A stretch of 64,000 nucleotides of DNA from the NCBI GenBank assembly GCA_036002525.1, contig DASYTG010000034.1:41257-105256 (forward strand). The letters run 5' to 3'. The translations under genes and the position numbers were made by a program. This DNA is from Candidatus Limnocylindrales bacterium. GTDB taxonomy: Bacteria; Chloroflexota; Limnocylindria; Limnocylindrales; CSP1-4. The stretch's first letter is position 1. Each line of letters begins with the position of its first letter. The notes below the pieces were generated by a model. It saw only the letters and a program-made list of their open reading frames with translations, made no database searches and was not told the origin of the DNA. Below, piece after piece: positions 36,611 through 43,667 of this stretch.

Positions 36611-37802
36611 CGTTTCGTCGAGCGCTCCAGGCCCGTTCGAGGCCCGCCGCGTTCTCGAACCGCGGGACCCGCGCCGGGCGGGCGGTCAGCGTCGTTCGCG
36701 ACGGCGGTGTGCCCATTGGCTCGGCACGCGCCGTCGCCGTGGGCGCCGAGGGCGCGTCGCCCGCGATCAGGCGCTCGTAGATCGACTCGTAGGCGTCGGC
36801 CATACGCGCGGCCGAGAAGCGGTCGATCACCGATGCCCGGATCGCCGCCCGATCGAGACCCGCCACCCGATCGATGTAGAACGCCATCTCGGCGACGTCG
36901 TCGCCGAAGAACCCGTCCCGCCCGTGGCGGACGATCTCGGGCAACGCACCTGCCGGTCGCGCGATCAGCGGCGTTCCGCAGGCGAGCGACTCGATCGCGA
37001 CGAGGCCGAACGGCTCCGGCCACGAGCCCGGCATGAGCGTGCAGTAACTCTCGGCGAAGAGTCGATCGCGGTCCGCCCCGCTGATCTCGCCCAGGAACTC
37101 GACGTCATCGCTGGCCGCCGCCAGGGCAGGCAGGAAGACGTCCTCGTGGTACGCCAGCTCGTGCGGCGTCGTGCCGATCTTCGCCGCGATCCGGAGCCGG
37201 CGGCCGGTCCGCTTCGCGATCTCGATCGCGTCGACGATTCCCTTCTCGGGCGCCACCCGCCCGACGAAGCAGAGGGCCTCCCCGCGACGCCGCTCGAACG
37301 GGGCGTTTGCGAGGTCCAGGCCGTTGTGGACGATGCCGGCCCACGGGATGTCCGGATGGGTCGCCGCATGGGCGCGGCTGATCGCGACGTAGTTGCCCTC
37401 GCCGCGGATGAGCAGGTCGCGGGCCCACGGGAAGTCGAGCCGGCCATGGAACGTCGTGACGACGGGAACCGGCGAAACCTTCGACAGGATCGTGCTGTAC
37501 CACTCGAGGTGCGAATGGATCACGTCGAACTCGCGGGCACTCTCGAGGACGGACAGGATCGTGGCGAGATACCAGGGGCTCGCATCGCCGCCAAAGCCGG
37601 CCGGCCGGAGCGCGGCCTCGATCGTCGGGACGAGGCGACCGGGAACCTCCGAATCGCCGCTCGCGAACGTCGTGACCTCGTGGCCCCGCGCCACGAGCTC
37701 GCTGACGAGCTCGTGAACCACCCGTTCCGTGCCACCGTAGCCGCGCGGCGGGACACGCTCGAGCGGCGGAGCGGCGTGGGCGATGCGGAGCGGGCGATTC
37801 AT
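36540..37802 (-). CDS. glycosyltransferase family 4 (GT-B fold)
   Basis: MNRPLRIAHAAPPLERVPPRGYGGTERVVHELVSELVARGHEVTTFASGDS and EPFGLVAIESLACGTPLIA (E-x7-E region). Confidence 0.9.
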   Translation of the reverse strand: MNRPLRIAHAAPPLERVPPRGYGGTERVVHELVSELVARGHEVTTFASGDSEVPGRLVPTIEAALRPAGFGGDASPWYLATILSVLESAREFDVIHSHLEWYSTILSKVSPVPVVTTFHGRLDFPWARDLLIRGEGNYVAISRAHAATHPDIPWAGIVHNGLDLANAPFERRRGEALCFVGRVAPEKGIVDAIEIAKRTGRRLRIAAKIGTTPHELAYHEDVFLPALAAASDDVEFLGEISGADRDRLFAESYCTLMPGSWPEPFGLVAIESLACGTPLIARPAGALPEIVRHGRDGFFGDDVAEMAFYIDRVAGLDRAAIRASVIDRFSAARMADAYESIYERLIAGDAPSAPTATARAEPMGTPPSRTTLTARPARVPRFENAAGLERAWSARRNVSRARRVDSAADPDATNGARPTD

Positions 37803-37830
37803 TGGACAGGTTCCCTGGGTGACAGGGTAA

Positions 37831-37860
37831 CGGCCGCGGCCCCTGGATGGGCCGCGGCCG
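37831..37860 (-). terminator. GC-rich hairpin downstream of the Gly/Ala-rich protein gene
   Basis: CGGCCGCGGCCC-ctggat-GGGCCGCGGCCG (12-bp stem) between the stop at 37904 and the GT4 start at 37802. Confidence 0.5.
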
Positions 37861-37903
37861 TGTCGTGGGGCGGTCCGACCGCCCCGCCTGGTGAGCCCGC
37901 GAG

Positions 37904-38311
37904 CTAGTAGCGGCGCGGCTCCTCGGGCGGCTTCGCGCCTTCCTCTTCGATCTCCTCCTCGGCCTCGTCGCCGAGACGGGCACCGCCGGCCGCGCCGACG
38001 GCACCGCCGACGGCGGCACCCGGAGGTCCGGCGACCGCGCCACCGACAGCCGCGCCACCGGCGGCTCCGGCGAGGCCGCCGGCACCCGCGCCGACCTCGT
38101 CGTCACCCTCGGCCGCCTCGCCGGCGACCGCACCGCCGGCCGCGCCGACGAGCCCGCCGACAACGGCGCCCGGAGGGCCTCCCACCGCCGCGCCGACCGC
38201 GGCTCCACCGAGCGCGCCCGCGCCGGCACCGACGGTCTCGGTCCCGGCCTCGTCGTTCTCGGCGAGGTCGTCGTCACCCTTGTCGCGAAGTGTGTCTTTG
38301 TCCTGATCCAT
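37904..38311 (-). CDS. Gly/Ala-rich small protein with acidic termini (135 aa)
   Basis: ATG at 38311 preceded by aggagg. MDQDKDTLRDKGDDDL..., then glycine-zipper-like GAVVGGLVGAAGGAVAG repeats, ending EEEGAKPPEEPRRY. Confidence 0.6.
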   Translation of the reverse strand: MDQDKDTLRDKGDDDLAENDEAGTETVGAGAGALGGAAVGAAVGGPPGAVVGGLVGAAGGAVAGEAAEGDDEVGAGAGGLAGAAGGAAVGGAVAGPPGAAVGGAVGAAGGARLGDEAEEEIEEEGAKPPEEPRRY

Positions 38312-38429
38312 TTGGGCCTCCTGATGTTGATCGCGCACAACACCCGGAGGGACCGGGTGCCGTGACGCGGACGCCCCCGACCGTAGGGCGGCGCCTCCCC
38401 TGCAGGTGCAGCACGCGACCGGAAGGGAG

Positions 38430-38444
38430 TATCAGGTTCATATC
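38430..38444 (+). repeat. candidate att core, left copy (TATCAGGTTCATATC)
   Basis: Matches 49444..49458 (TACCAGGTTCGTATC) at 13 of 15 positions and coincides with the left GC-content break. Confidence 0.45.
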
Positions 38445-38476
38445 GTTCGTGGTTCACGCCCAATTCGTGCGTGACG

Positions 38477-38507
38477 GTTGACATCTACGGTCAACGTCCC
38501 CGATAAG
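38477..38507 (+). promoter_or_regulatory. candidate promoter and operator for the K/A-rich gene and integrase
   Basis: TTGACA (38478-38483), an 18-nt spacer, then GATAAG (38502-38507). The inverted repeat GTTGAC-n7-GTCAAC (38477-38495) overlaps the -35. Confidence 0.35.
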
Positions 38508-38565
38508 TGCGGTCCCGGCGAATTAGAACAAACGTTCTACGCCGTGACAGGACAGGGAGGTCATC

Positions 38566-38949
38566 GTGACCACGCAGGACATCGGGACCGAAACAGCGGA
38601 CAAGGCGACTCGCGTCGCCGATCCCGTCACCGCCAAGTCCCCAGCGGATGGCAAGAAACGCCTCGCTTCGGCCAAGCGACGTGCCGCGCGGACACCGAAG
38701 GCGTCGAAGGCGTCAGTCAAGGCGAAGTCGAGCGCGCCGTCGAAGGCGGAGCGCGTCCGGGCGCTGCTCGATCAGGGCAAGACAGTCAAGGAGATCGCTC
38801 AGGCGCTGGACGACGTGTCGTGGTCCTACGCCTGGGACGTTGCGGCAGCGTGGGAGAAGAAGACAGGCAAGGTCGTCATCGCATCCCACAAGAAGGCGCC
38901 GAAGAAGCGGGCACCGCGCAAGGCGGCACCGAAGGCAGGTGCCAAGTGA
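38566..38949 (+). CDS. Lys/Ala-rich DNA-binding protein (excisionase-like position, histone-H1-like tails)
   Basis: GTG start with SD gggagg. Its stop overlaps the integrase start (GTGA at 38946-38949). Central HTH-like ERVRALLDQGKTVKEIAQALDDVSWSYAWDV is flanked by KRRAARTPKASKASVKAKSS and KKAPKKRAPRKAAPKAGAK. Confidence 0.6.
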   Translation: MTTQDIGTETADKATRVADPVTAKSPADGKKRLASAKRRAARTPKASKASVKAKSSAPSKAERVRALLDQGKTVKEIAQALDDVSWSYAWDVAAAWEKKTGKVVIASHKKAPKKRAPRKAAPKAGAK

Positions 38950-39899
38950 CGCGGTCGCCCCTCGATCGGATCGACCCCTCCTCCCCTATTCGCAAGCACG
39001 CCGCGTGGTACATGCAGTCGCTCCGCTCGTCAGCGCGATCGAAGGCGACCATCGGCGTGTACGTCGGCGCGTTGCGCGAGTTCGATCGGTTCGCGGCAGC
39101 CAACGGGATGCCGCGTGACCTCACCCAGATCGAACGCCAACACGTCGAGGCGTTCATGCTCGACCAGTTGACTCGCCTGAGCCCAGGATCGGCAGCGGCG
39201 AGGTACGGCGGCCTGCGCTCGTTCTTCGCGTGGGCGGTCGAGCAGGGGCAGATCGACTCGTCACCCATCGCCAAGATGCGACCGCCGAAGGTGCCGGAAG
39301 TCCCGGTGCCCGTCCTGACCGACGATCAGGTGCGCGCGCTGCTGCGCGCCTGTGAGGGCAAGGCGTTCAAGCAGCGGCGCGACACGGCGCTCATTCGGTT
39401 CATGCTCGACACGGGCGCGCGTCGGTCGGAGGTGGCGTTCGTTCGCCTGACCGACCTGGACCTGTCAGAGGGCACGGTCGTCATCACCAAGACGAAAGGC
39501 AACCGTCCACGGGTCGTCGCGTTCGGCGCGAAGACGGCGAGCGCGATCTACGCCTACCTCATCGAGCGGGACAAGAACACGCACGCCTCGTCACCCTTCT
39601 TGTGGATCGGTCAGGCAGGCGGGTTGTCAGGTGATGCCGTTGGCGCGATCGTCGCGAGACGTGCTCGCATGGCAGGCATCTACAACCTTGACGCGGATGG
39701 GAGGCAGCGTCCCGTCCACGCGCACCAGACCCGGCACACGTTCGCCGACCGCTACCTCGCTGCTGGCGGGTCCGAAGGGAACCTGATGGCGCTCGGAGGT
39801 TGGAGGTCGGCGGAGATCATGCGCCGCTACGGTCGTGACCGAGCGACAGCACGAGCGATCGATGAGGCGCGACGGATCGCCGTCGGCGATCGCCTATGA
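38946..39899 (+). CDS. int: tyrosine recombinase / integrase (XerC/D-like)
   Basis: N-terminal SAM-like core-binding segment (IGVYVGALREFDRFAA...RYGGLRSFFAWAV). Catalytic signature DTGARRSEV (Arg), HQTRHTFA (H-x-x-R), LGGWRS and EIMRRYG (Tyr). Confidence 0.9.
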   Translation: MTRSPLDRIDPSSPIRKHAAWYMQSLRSSARSKATIGVYVGALREFDRFAAANGMPRDLTQIERQHVEAFMLDQLTRLSPGSAAARYGGLRSFFAWAVEQGQIDSSPIAKMRPPKVPEVPVPVLTDDQVRALLRACEGKAFKQRRDTALIRFMLDTGARRSEVAFVRLTDLDLSEGTVVITKTKGNRPRVVAFGAKTASAIYAYLIERDKNTHASSPFLWIGQAGGLSGDAVGAIVARRARMAGIYNLDADGRQRPVHAHQTRHTFADRYLAAGGSEGNLMALGGWRSAEIMRRYGRDRATARAIDEARRIAVGDRL

Positions 39900-39951
39900 C
39901 ATTCCCACACGACGCGCTCTAAGGCGGCGTCACGACACGCAACGGGTCGAG

Positions 39952-39981
39952 GAGGCGCGAGTGGGCAACCGCTCGCGCCTC
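39952..39981. terminator. hairpin between the convergent integrase and orphan gene
   Basis: GAGGCGCGAG-tgggcaaccg-CTCGCGCCTC, followed by gttcgttgt on the + strand. Confidence 0.45.
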
Positions 39982-40036
39982 GTTCGTTGTCGCCCAGTGT
40001 TCGCGATGTCGACCTGAACAACCCTCGCCGGGCAGG

Positions 40037-41446
40037 TCACGCAGCGCGTTTCCGTGGCCACGCGTTCAGAGCGTCCTCAGGTCGGTGACGTTGGAGCCAC
40101 TTTCTCGCCGCCGCTTCCGAGAACCCACGTCCTCGAAGGCCCGCGAGCAGATCAGCGCGTGCCGATCGGGTGCGATCGAGCCGATCGAGGTATTCCCGCA
40201 TCCGCGGGACGATCTCGCCCGGATCAGCGGCGTATCGGCCATCGACCTTGGTCGCGAACTTCGGCAGCAGTTTGTAGTAGCGCCGCTCGCTGATCCCGAT
40301 GAGGGTCCACGGCTGACGATCGGCGTTCTCCTGTTTGCGGTGCTGCTTGATCGCGATGCTCGCCTTGCGCGTCACGTAGCGTCGGCTCGCCTCCGCGCCG
40401 CGGGCGGGATCAAAACCCGGATGGAGGAGGCCTTCCAGCAGCAGCGCCGCTGCGGCATCCAAGTCAGGCGCTTTCGTCTCGCGGCGGACGCGTCCTACTT
40501 GTCTTGGAAAGGCGAGCGCGACGGCTCTGGCAAGGAGCGGTTCGTCGCTTCCGACGTATCCGTGCCAGTACGCCTTGAGCAGCACCTGGCAGGCAAGCTC
40601 CATCGGCGAGGACGCTTGGTCAACCGTGACGACAGGGATGCCATGTGCGTGGATTGCCTTCGCGAGCATCGGCCACGGGCGATCGGTGCGCTGGTTCACA
40701 CCCTGCGTCCATATGCGAGCACTGAACGCCCAGTCGACCGGTTGACTCGTCAGGCGCGTGACGATCAGGACGCTCTCGGTGGCGAACAGCGGTGGCGCGC
40801 GCCGCGCTTTCATCTCGTCCTTGTCGAAGAGGTGTTCGAAGAGCCGACCCTCGTCCTCGGTCTTGTCCGTCACCCAGATCAGGCGGCGTGAGATCTGAAA
40901 TCCCCATCCGCCGAACTCGAACCCAAGGATGGGTACGATGAACCTGAGGTCCGGGTCCATGACGCGCCGCAGCACAGACTCCATCTCGCCGCCTTCGACG
41001 TTCTCCCGCAGCCACCACCTGATGTAGTCGCTGTCGAGGAGGCCTTCTCCGCGAGCCTTTGCGACGATCTGCCCGGCGTAGAACAGCGCCTCACCGACCG
41101 GCATGGCGCGAGGCGCAAGCGTCACGAGTGGAGTCACCTGAACGACCGTGGTGATGAGGTCGTTCACCGGATCGGGGACCTCGTGTACGGACTGCTCCCC
41201 CTGCATCGTCCCGCGCTGCAGGTCGGGGACGTCAACAAAAGGGAGGCCGTTCGTCTCGAAGCGGACCGTCCTCGTGCCTCGGAAGTCGAAGGTGCGCCCG
41301 GTCAGGATGTCGATCTCCTGCCCCGTCTGGCGCAGCATCTCCTTCACGAGTTCGCGATCAGGGTCGCCCCCGATCTTCGCGATGACCTCGTCCAGCAGAT
41401 TCTCCGACCATTGTCCCAAGCGGGCAGTATAACTGGGTGTGGACAA
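40037..41446 (-). CDS. large orphan protein (about 470 aa; ORF open to 41713), C-terminal HTH-like segments
   Basis: Protein-like composition and GC3-rich codons from about 41420 down to the stop. No ATPase, nuclease or polymerase motif recognised. C-terminal PWTLIGISERRYYKLLPKF and GRGFSEAAARKWLQRH look like HTH elements. The start is uncertain: in-frame TTGs at 41446 and 41419, ATG at 41338. Confidence 0.6.
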   Translation of the reverse strand: MSTPSYTARLGQWSENLLDEVIAKIGGDPDRELVKEMLRQTGQEIDILTGRTFDFRGTRTVRFETNGLPFVDVPDLQRGTMQGEQSVHEVPDPVNDLITTVVQVTPLVTLAPRAMPVGEALFYAGQIVAKARGEGLLDSDYIRWWLRENVEGGEMESVLRRVMDPDLRFIVPILGFEFGGWGFQISRRLIWVTDKTEDEGRLFEHLFDKDEMKARRAPPLFATESVLIVTRLTSQPVDWAFSARIWTQGVNQRTDRPWPMLAKAIHAHGIPVVTVDQASSPMELACQVLLKAYWHGYVGSDEPLLARAVALAFPRQVGRVRRETKAPDLDAAAALLLEGLLHPGFDPARGAEASRRYVTRKASIAIKQHRKQENADRQPWTLIGISERRYYKLLPKFATKVDGRYAADPGEIVPRMREYLDRLDRTRSARADLLAGLRGRGFSEAAARKWLQRHRPEDALNAWPRKRAA

Positions 41447-41828
41447 GGTTCCGTCAGGCTGGGTCAAGCGACGCTCGGGCCTACTGGTGCCAGCAGAGCG
41501 CGGAATGCGTCGCGCTCCTGCGGCAGTCGCACTCCTGCTGGCGATCCTAACGCTGTCGTCTCCAGCAGCAAGTGCCGTCTCCGCATGGTCCCGCGCGGCA
41601 ACGGACGTGGTGACGATGCTGCGACATGTGCTTGGCGGCACTGCACCGAACGCCGACAACCAGTCGTGCGTGCCGCCTCGACTCCCCGCGCACGACGACG
41701 AGCGACCGGTCAAGACGCGTCGCTGACGATCGATCCGACGGGATCACAGGGCCGCGGGTCGTCCCGCCCCTTAGCGACCGTTCTAGAAGGGGTCAGGCGG
41801 GGTCGCGATCAACGCATACTGGGGCGGG

Positions 41829-42317
41829 ATGACGCCTGAGCGCCCGGTCGCACCCAATCCCGACAGCGTCGTCGCTGCCGTTGAAACGTTGCGCGCCGAA
41901 CTCCTGATGGTCGAGCGAGGCCTCGAGAGCATCGATCGCAAGGCCGCACTCCTGCCTCCTGTCTTGGCTGCTGTCGCAGGGTTCCTGACAACGCCCGAAG
42001 GCGGCTACACGCCCTGGCAGCAGGTCCTACTAATCGCTGCGCTCGGCACGTTCACGACGGCGCTAATCCTCGCGATCTGGATATTGGTGTCGGGGCGGCT
42101 GAATGTTGGGCCAAACGCCCAGACGACAGCGAAGGCAACCCACCTTGCTCCCGCAGACTTCAACCGGGCAGTCGCCGGGTCACTCGCCAACGCGGTCGAT
42201 GAACTGTCGGACTGGTCCAAGTGGAAGGGCAGGCGTCTCTACATCGCGATGGGACTTGCCGCCGCGACTATTCTGCTGCTAGCAATGGCGCGAGTCGCCG
42301 GAGGAATTGGTGCCTGA
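41829..42317 (+). CDS. small multi-TM membrane protein (162 aa), first gene of a coupled three-gene cassette
   Basis: N-terminal helix ...LRAELLMVERGLESIDRKAALL, then hydrophobic segments PPVLAAVAGFL, VLLIAALGTFTTALILAIWILV and LYIAMGLAAATILLLAMARV. ATG with ggggcggg upstream. Confidence 0.6.
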   Translation: MTPERPVAPNPDSVVAAVETLRAELLMVERGLESIDRKAALLPPVLAAVAGFLTTPEGGYTPWQQVLLIAALGTFTTALILAIWILVSGRLNVGPNAQTTAKATHLAPADFNRAVAGSLANAVDELSDWSKWKGRRLYIAMGLAAATILLLAMARVAGGIGA

Positions 42318-42507
42318 CGATCAGCAGCAACCGCAATCGCCTCCGAGCGAGGCTCCGGAGACGCCTGCACCGCCCGTCGAACAGCAAGTCGCCCCTCAAC
42401 CTCAACCGCCGCCTCCACCCCTCGACTTCGGGGAACAGATTGCCGAGCGTGGCAACGTCCCTCACGAGATCGAGACGAGGATCATCGAGCGGAGCGGCGA
42501 GCGGTGA
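42310..42507 (+). CDS. Pro/Gln-rich small protein (65 aa)
   Basis: GTG at 42310 lies 4 nt after GGAGGA and overlaps the end of the upstream gene. Sequence PDDQQQPQSPPSEAPETPAPPVEQQVAPQPQPPPPPLDFGEQIAERGNVPHEIETRIIERSGER. Low complexity makes the coding status uncertain. Confidence 0.4.
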   Translation: MPDDQQQPQSPPSEAPETPAPPVEQQVAPQPQPPPPPLDFGEQIAERGNVPHEIETRIIERSGER

Positions 42508-42749
42508 CAGACACGAGGCGGTACTCGGCAACGTGGATCGTCACGATGGACGTTGAGGAGCCGCCGGGCAAGGATCGGCAGGAGCGCGGCCAAGACGAGT
42601 CGGCGCTGATGCTCAGCATGCACTTGTTCCTCGCCAGTCAAGGCATCGACCAAGCGCTGCAGGACCACTTGAAGGCGTGGGCAGGCGACCGCGAGATCGA
42701 ACACGTCCATGTCATGGCGCTCTCCGCAAAGCACCCTGACAACGAGTGA
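42504..42749 (+). CDS. small acidic protein (81 aa)
   Basis: Its start overlaps the upstream stop (GTGA). MTDTRRYSATWIVTMDVEEPPGKDRQERGQDESALMLSMHLFLASQGIDQALQDHLKAWAGDREIEHVHVMALSAKHPDNE. No family recognised. Confidence 0.5.
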   Translation: MTDTRRYSATWIVTMDVEEPPGKDRQERGQDESALMLSMHLFLASQGIDQALQDHLKAWAGDREIEHVHVMALSAKHPDNE

Positions 42750-42768
42750 TCGAGGCGTAGGCGGAGAC

Positions 42769-42816
42769 GGGCAGGACGCGCGATCAGCCCCACTGGTGAT
42801 CCGACACGTCCTGCCC
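42769..42816. terminator. compound stem-loop between the convergent cassette and lipoprotein gene
   Basis: GGGCAGGACG ... CGTCCTGCCC (10-bp outer stem) encloses the inner stem GATCA..TGATC. Confidence 0.45.
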
Positions 42817-42919
42817 GGGAGGAGGGAGCGAGCGCAGTGGCCCCGTGAACAACCCCTGCGCCCACGACACGATCATCGGCGAGCGCCGCAACCGGCAAAC
42901 GAGGGTCCGATCCTCACTC

Positions 42920-43258
42920 CTAGGAGGAGGACGCCGGAATGGTTTGTGGTGCAGTGATCGCCCACGTCTGGTCCGCGCACAGCCCCTGCATCTCGGCGAT
43001 GACCCGGCCACGCTGCGTCGCCACGAGCGTTCCCGGCAGGCATCCGGAACGAGCGAATGCTTGGAAGGGGGCAATTGCGAGAGCCGTCTGGCCGGATGAC
43101 AGTTCCATCTCCCACGGAGCCGTCGCGCCGCCAGCACTGCGATAACTGACGACGACCTCTTCGGACGTGTCGTTCCTCACCGATCCGACGGGGCCGTGGT
43201 CCTCTCTTAGGCCGCAGCCCGCGACAGTCACCGAGAGCAGGACGCAGATCGCTCCCAT
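42920..43258 (-). CDS. small lipoprotein (112 aa)
   Basis: MGAICVLLSVTVAGCGLRED... is a signal peptide plus lipobox (VAGC). Start at the ATG at 43258. The upstream part of the listed 202-aa ORF is Arg/Pro-rich. Confidence 0.6.
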   Translation of the reverse strand: MGAICVLLSVTVAGCGLREDHGPVGSVRNDTSEEVVVSYRSAGGATAPWEMELSSGQTALAIAPFQAFARSGCLPGTLVATQRGRVIAEMQGLCADQTWAITAPQTIPASSS

Positions 43259-43387
43259 AGCGGCATGTCTCCGAGGCGACCAACGTAGACCACGGCGCGG
43301 TTCAAGCTTCACGGGGACGATGATCCTCCGAGCGGATGCCCGTTCCCAGTGACTCCTTCGTACCAGTATCGGGACTGGCAGGAGGTT

Positions 43388-43446
43388 GGGAGCGCGAGGG
43401 TTCGTCCCCACTACCAGCAGGGGCAGGCAGCAGGCCTCGCGCTCCC
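43388..43446. terminator. 12-bp perfect inverted repeat (GGGAGCGCGAGG / CCTCGCGCTCCC) with a 35-nt loop
   Basis: Read directly from the sequence. It lies between the end of the replication-type operon (43494) and the lipoprotein start (43258), so it may be a terminator, attenuator or protein-binding site. Confidence 0.3.
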
Positions 43447-43493
43447 GTTGCCCGCTCGCGTGCTGGGCGAAGCGACAGCACACAGGGGCGGTG

Positions 43494-43667
43494 TCATTCC
43501 GTGGCGGCGACCTCCTCCTCAGCCTCAAGTTCCGGGTCCTCGTCGGGCGCCGGCCGCTCCCTCGGGAGCAACGCCTGAGCGTCCTCGAACGTCTTAGGTG
43601 TCTCGCCTCGGAGGATTTCGATCGTCCGCTCCCCGGTCGTCGTTGCCTGGGTGACGCGCTGACTCAT
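43494..43667 (-). CDS. small acidic protein (57 aa)
   Basis: Own translation: MSQRVTQATTTGERTIEILRGETPKTFEDAQALLPRERPAPDEDPELEAEEEVAATE. The ATG overlaps the upstream stop (ATGA at 43664-43667). It is below the ORF-track length cut-off. Confidence 0.4.
   Translation of the reverse strand: MSQRVTQATTTGERTIEILRGETPKTFEDAQALLPRERPAPDEDPELEAEEEVAATE

Noticed and set aside
37904-38311. Gly/Ala-rich repeat protein considered as a PE-PGRS-like protein or as non-coding low complexity
   Set aside because: There is no PE or PPE N-terminal domain. It has a strong SD, acidic structured ends and a terminator, so I kept it as an ordinary small CDS rather than a repeat-family or non-coding call.
41439-41726. 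+ strand ORF with a signal-peptide-like start (MRRAPAAVALLLAILTLSSPAASA from 41505)
   Set aside because: Not listed as a feature. It overlaps the still-open upstream part of the 558-codon minus ORF, has only a weak SD, and Ala/Leu-rich stretches arise easily by chance in GC-rich DNA. It is left as an open question under the orphan-protein finding.
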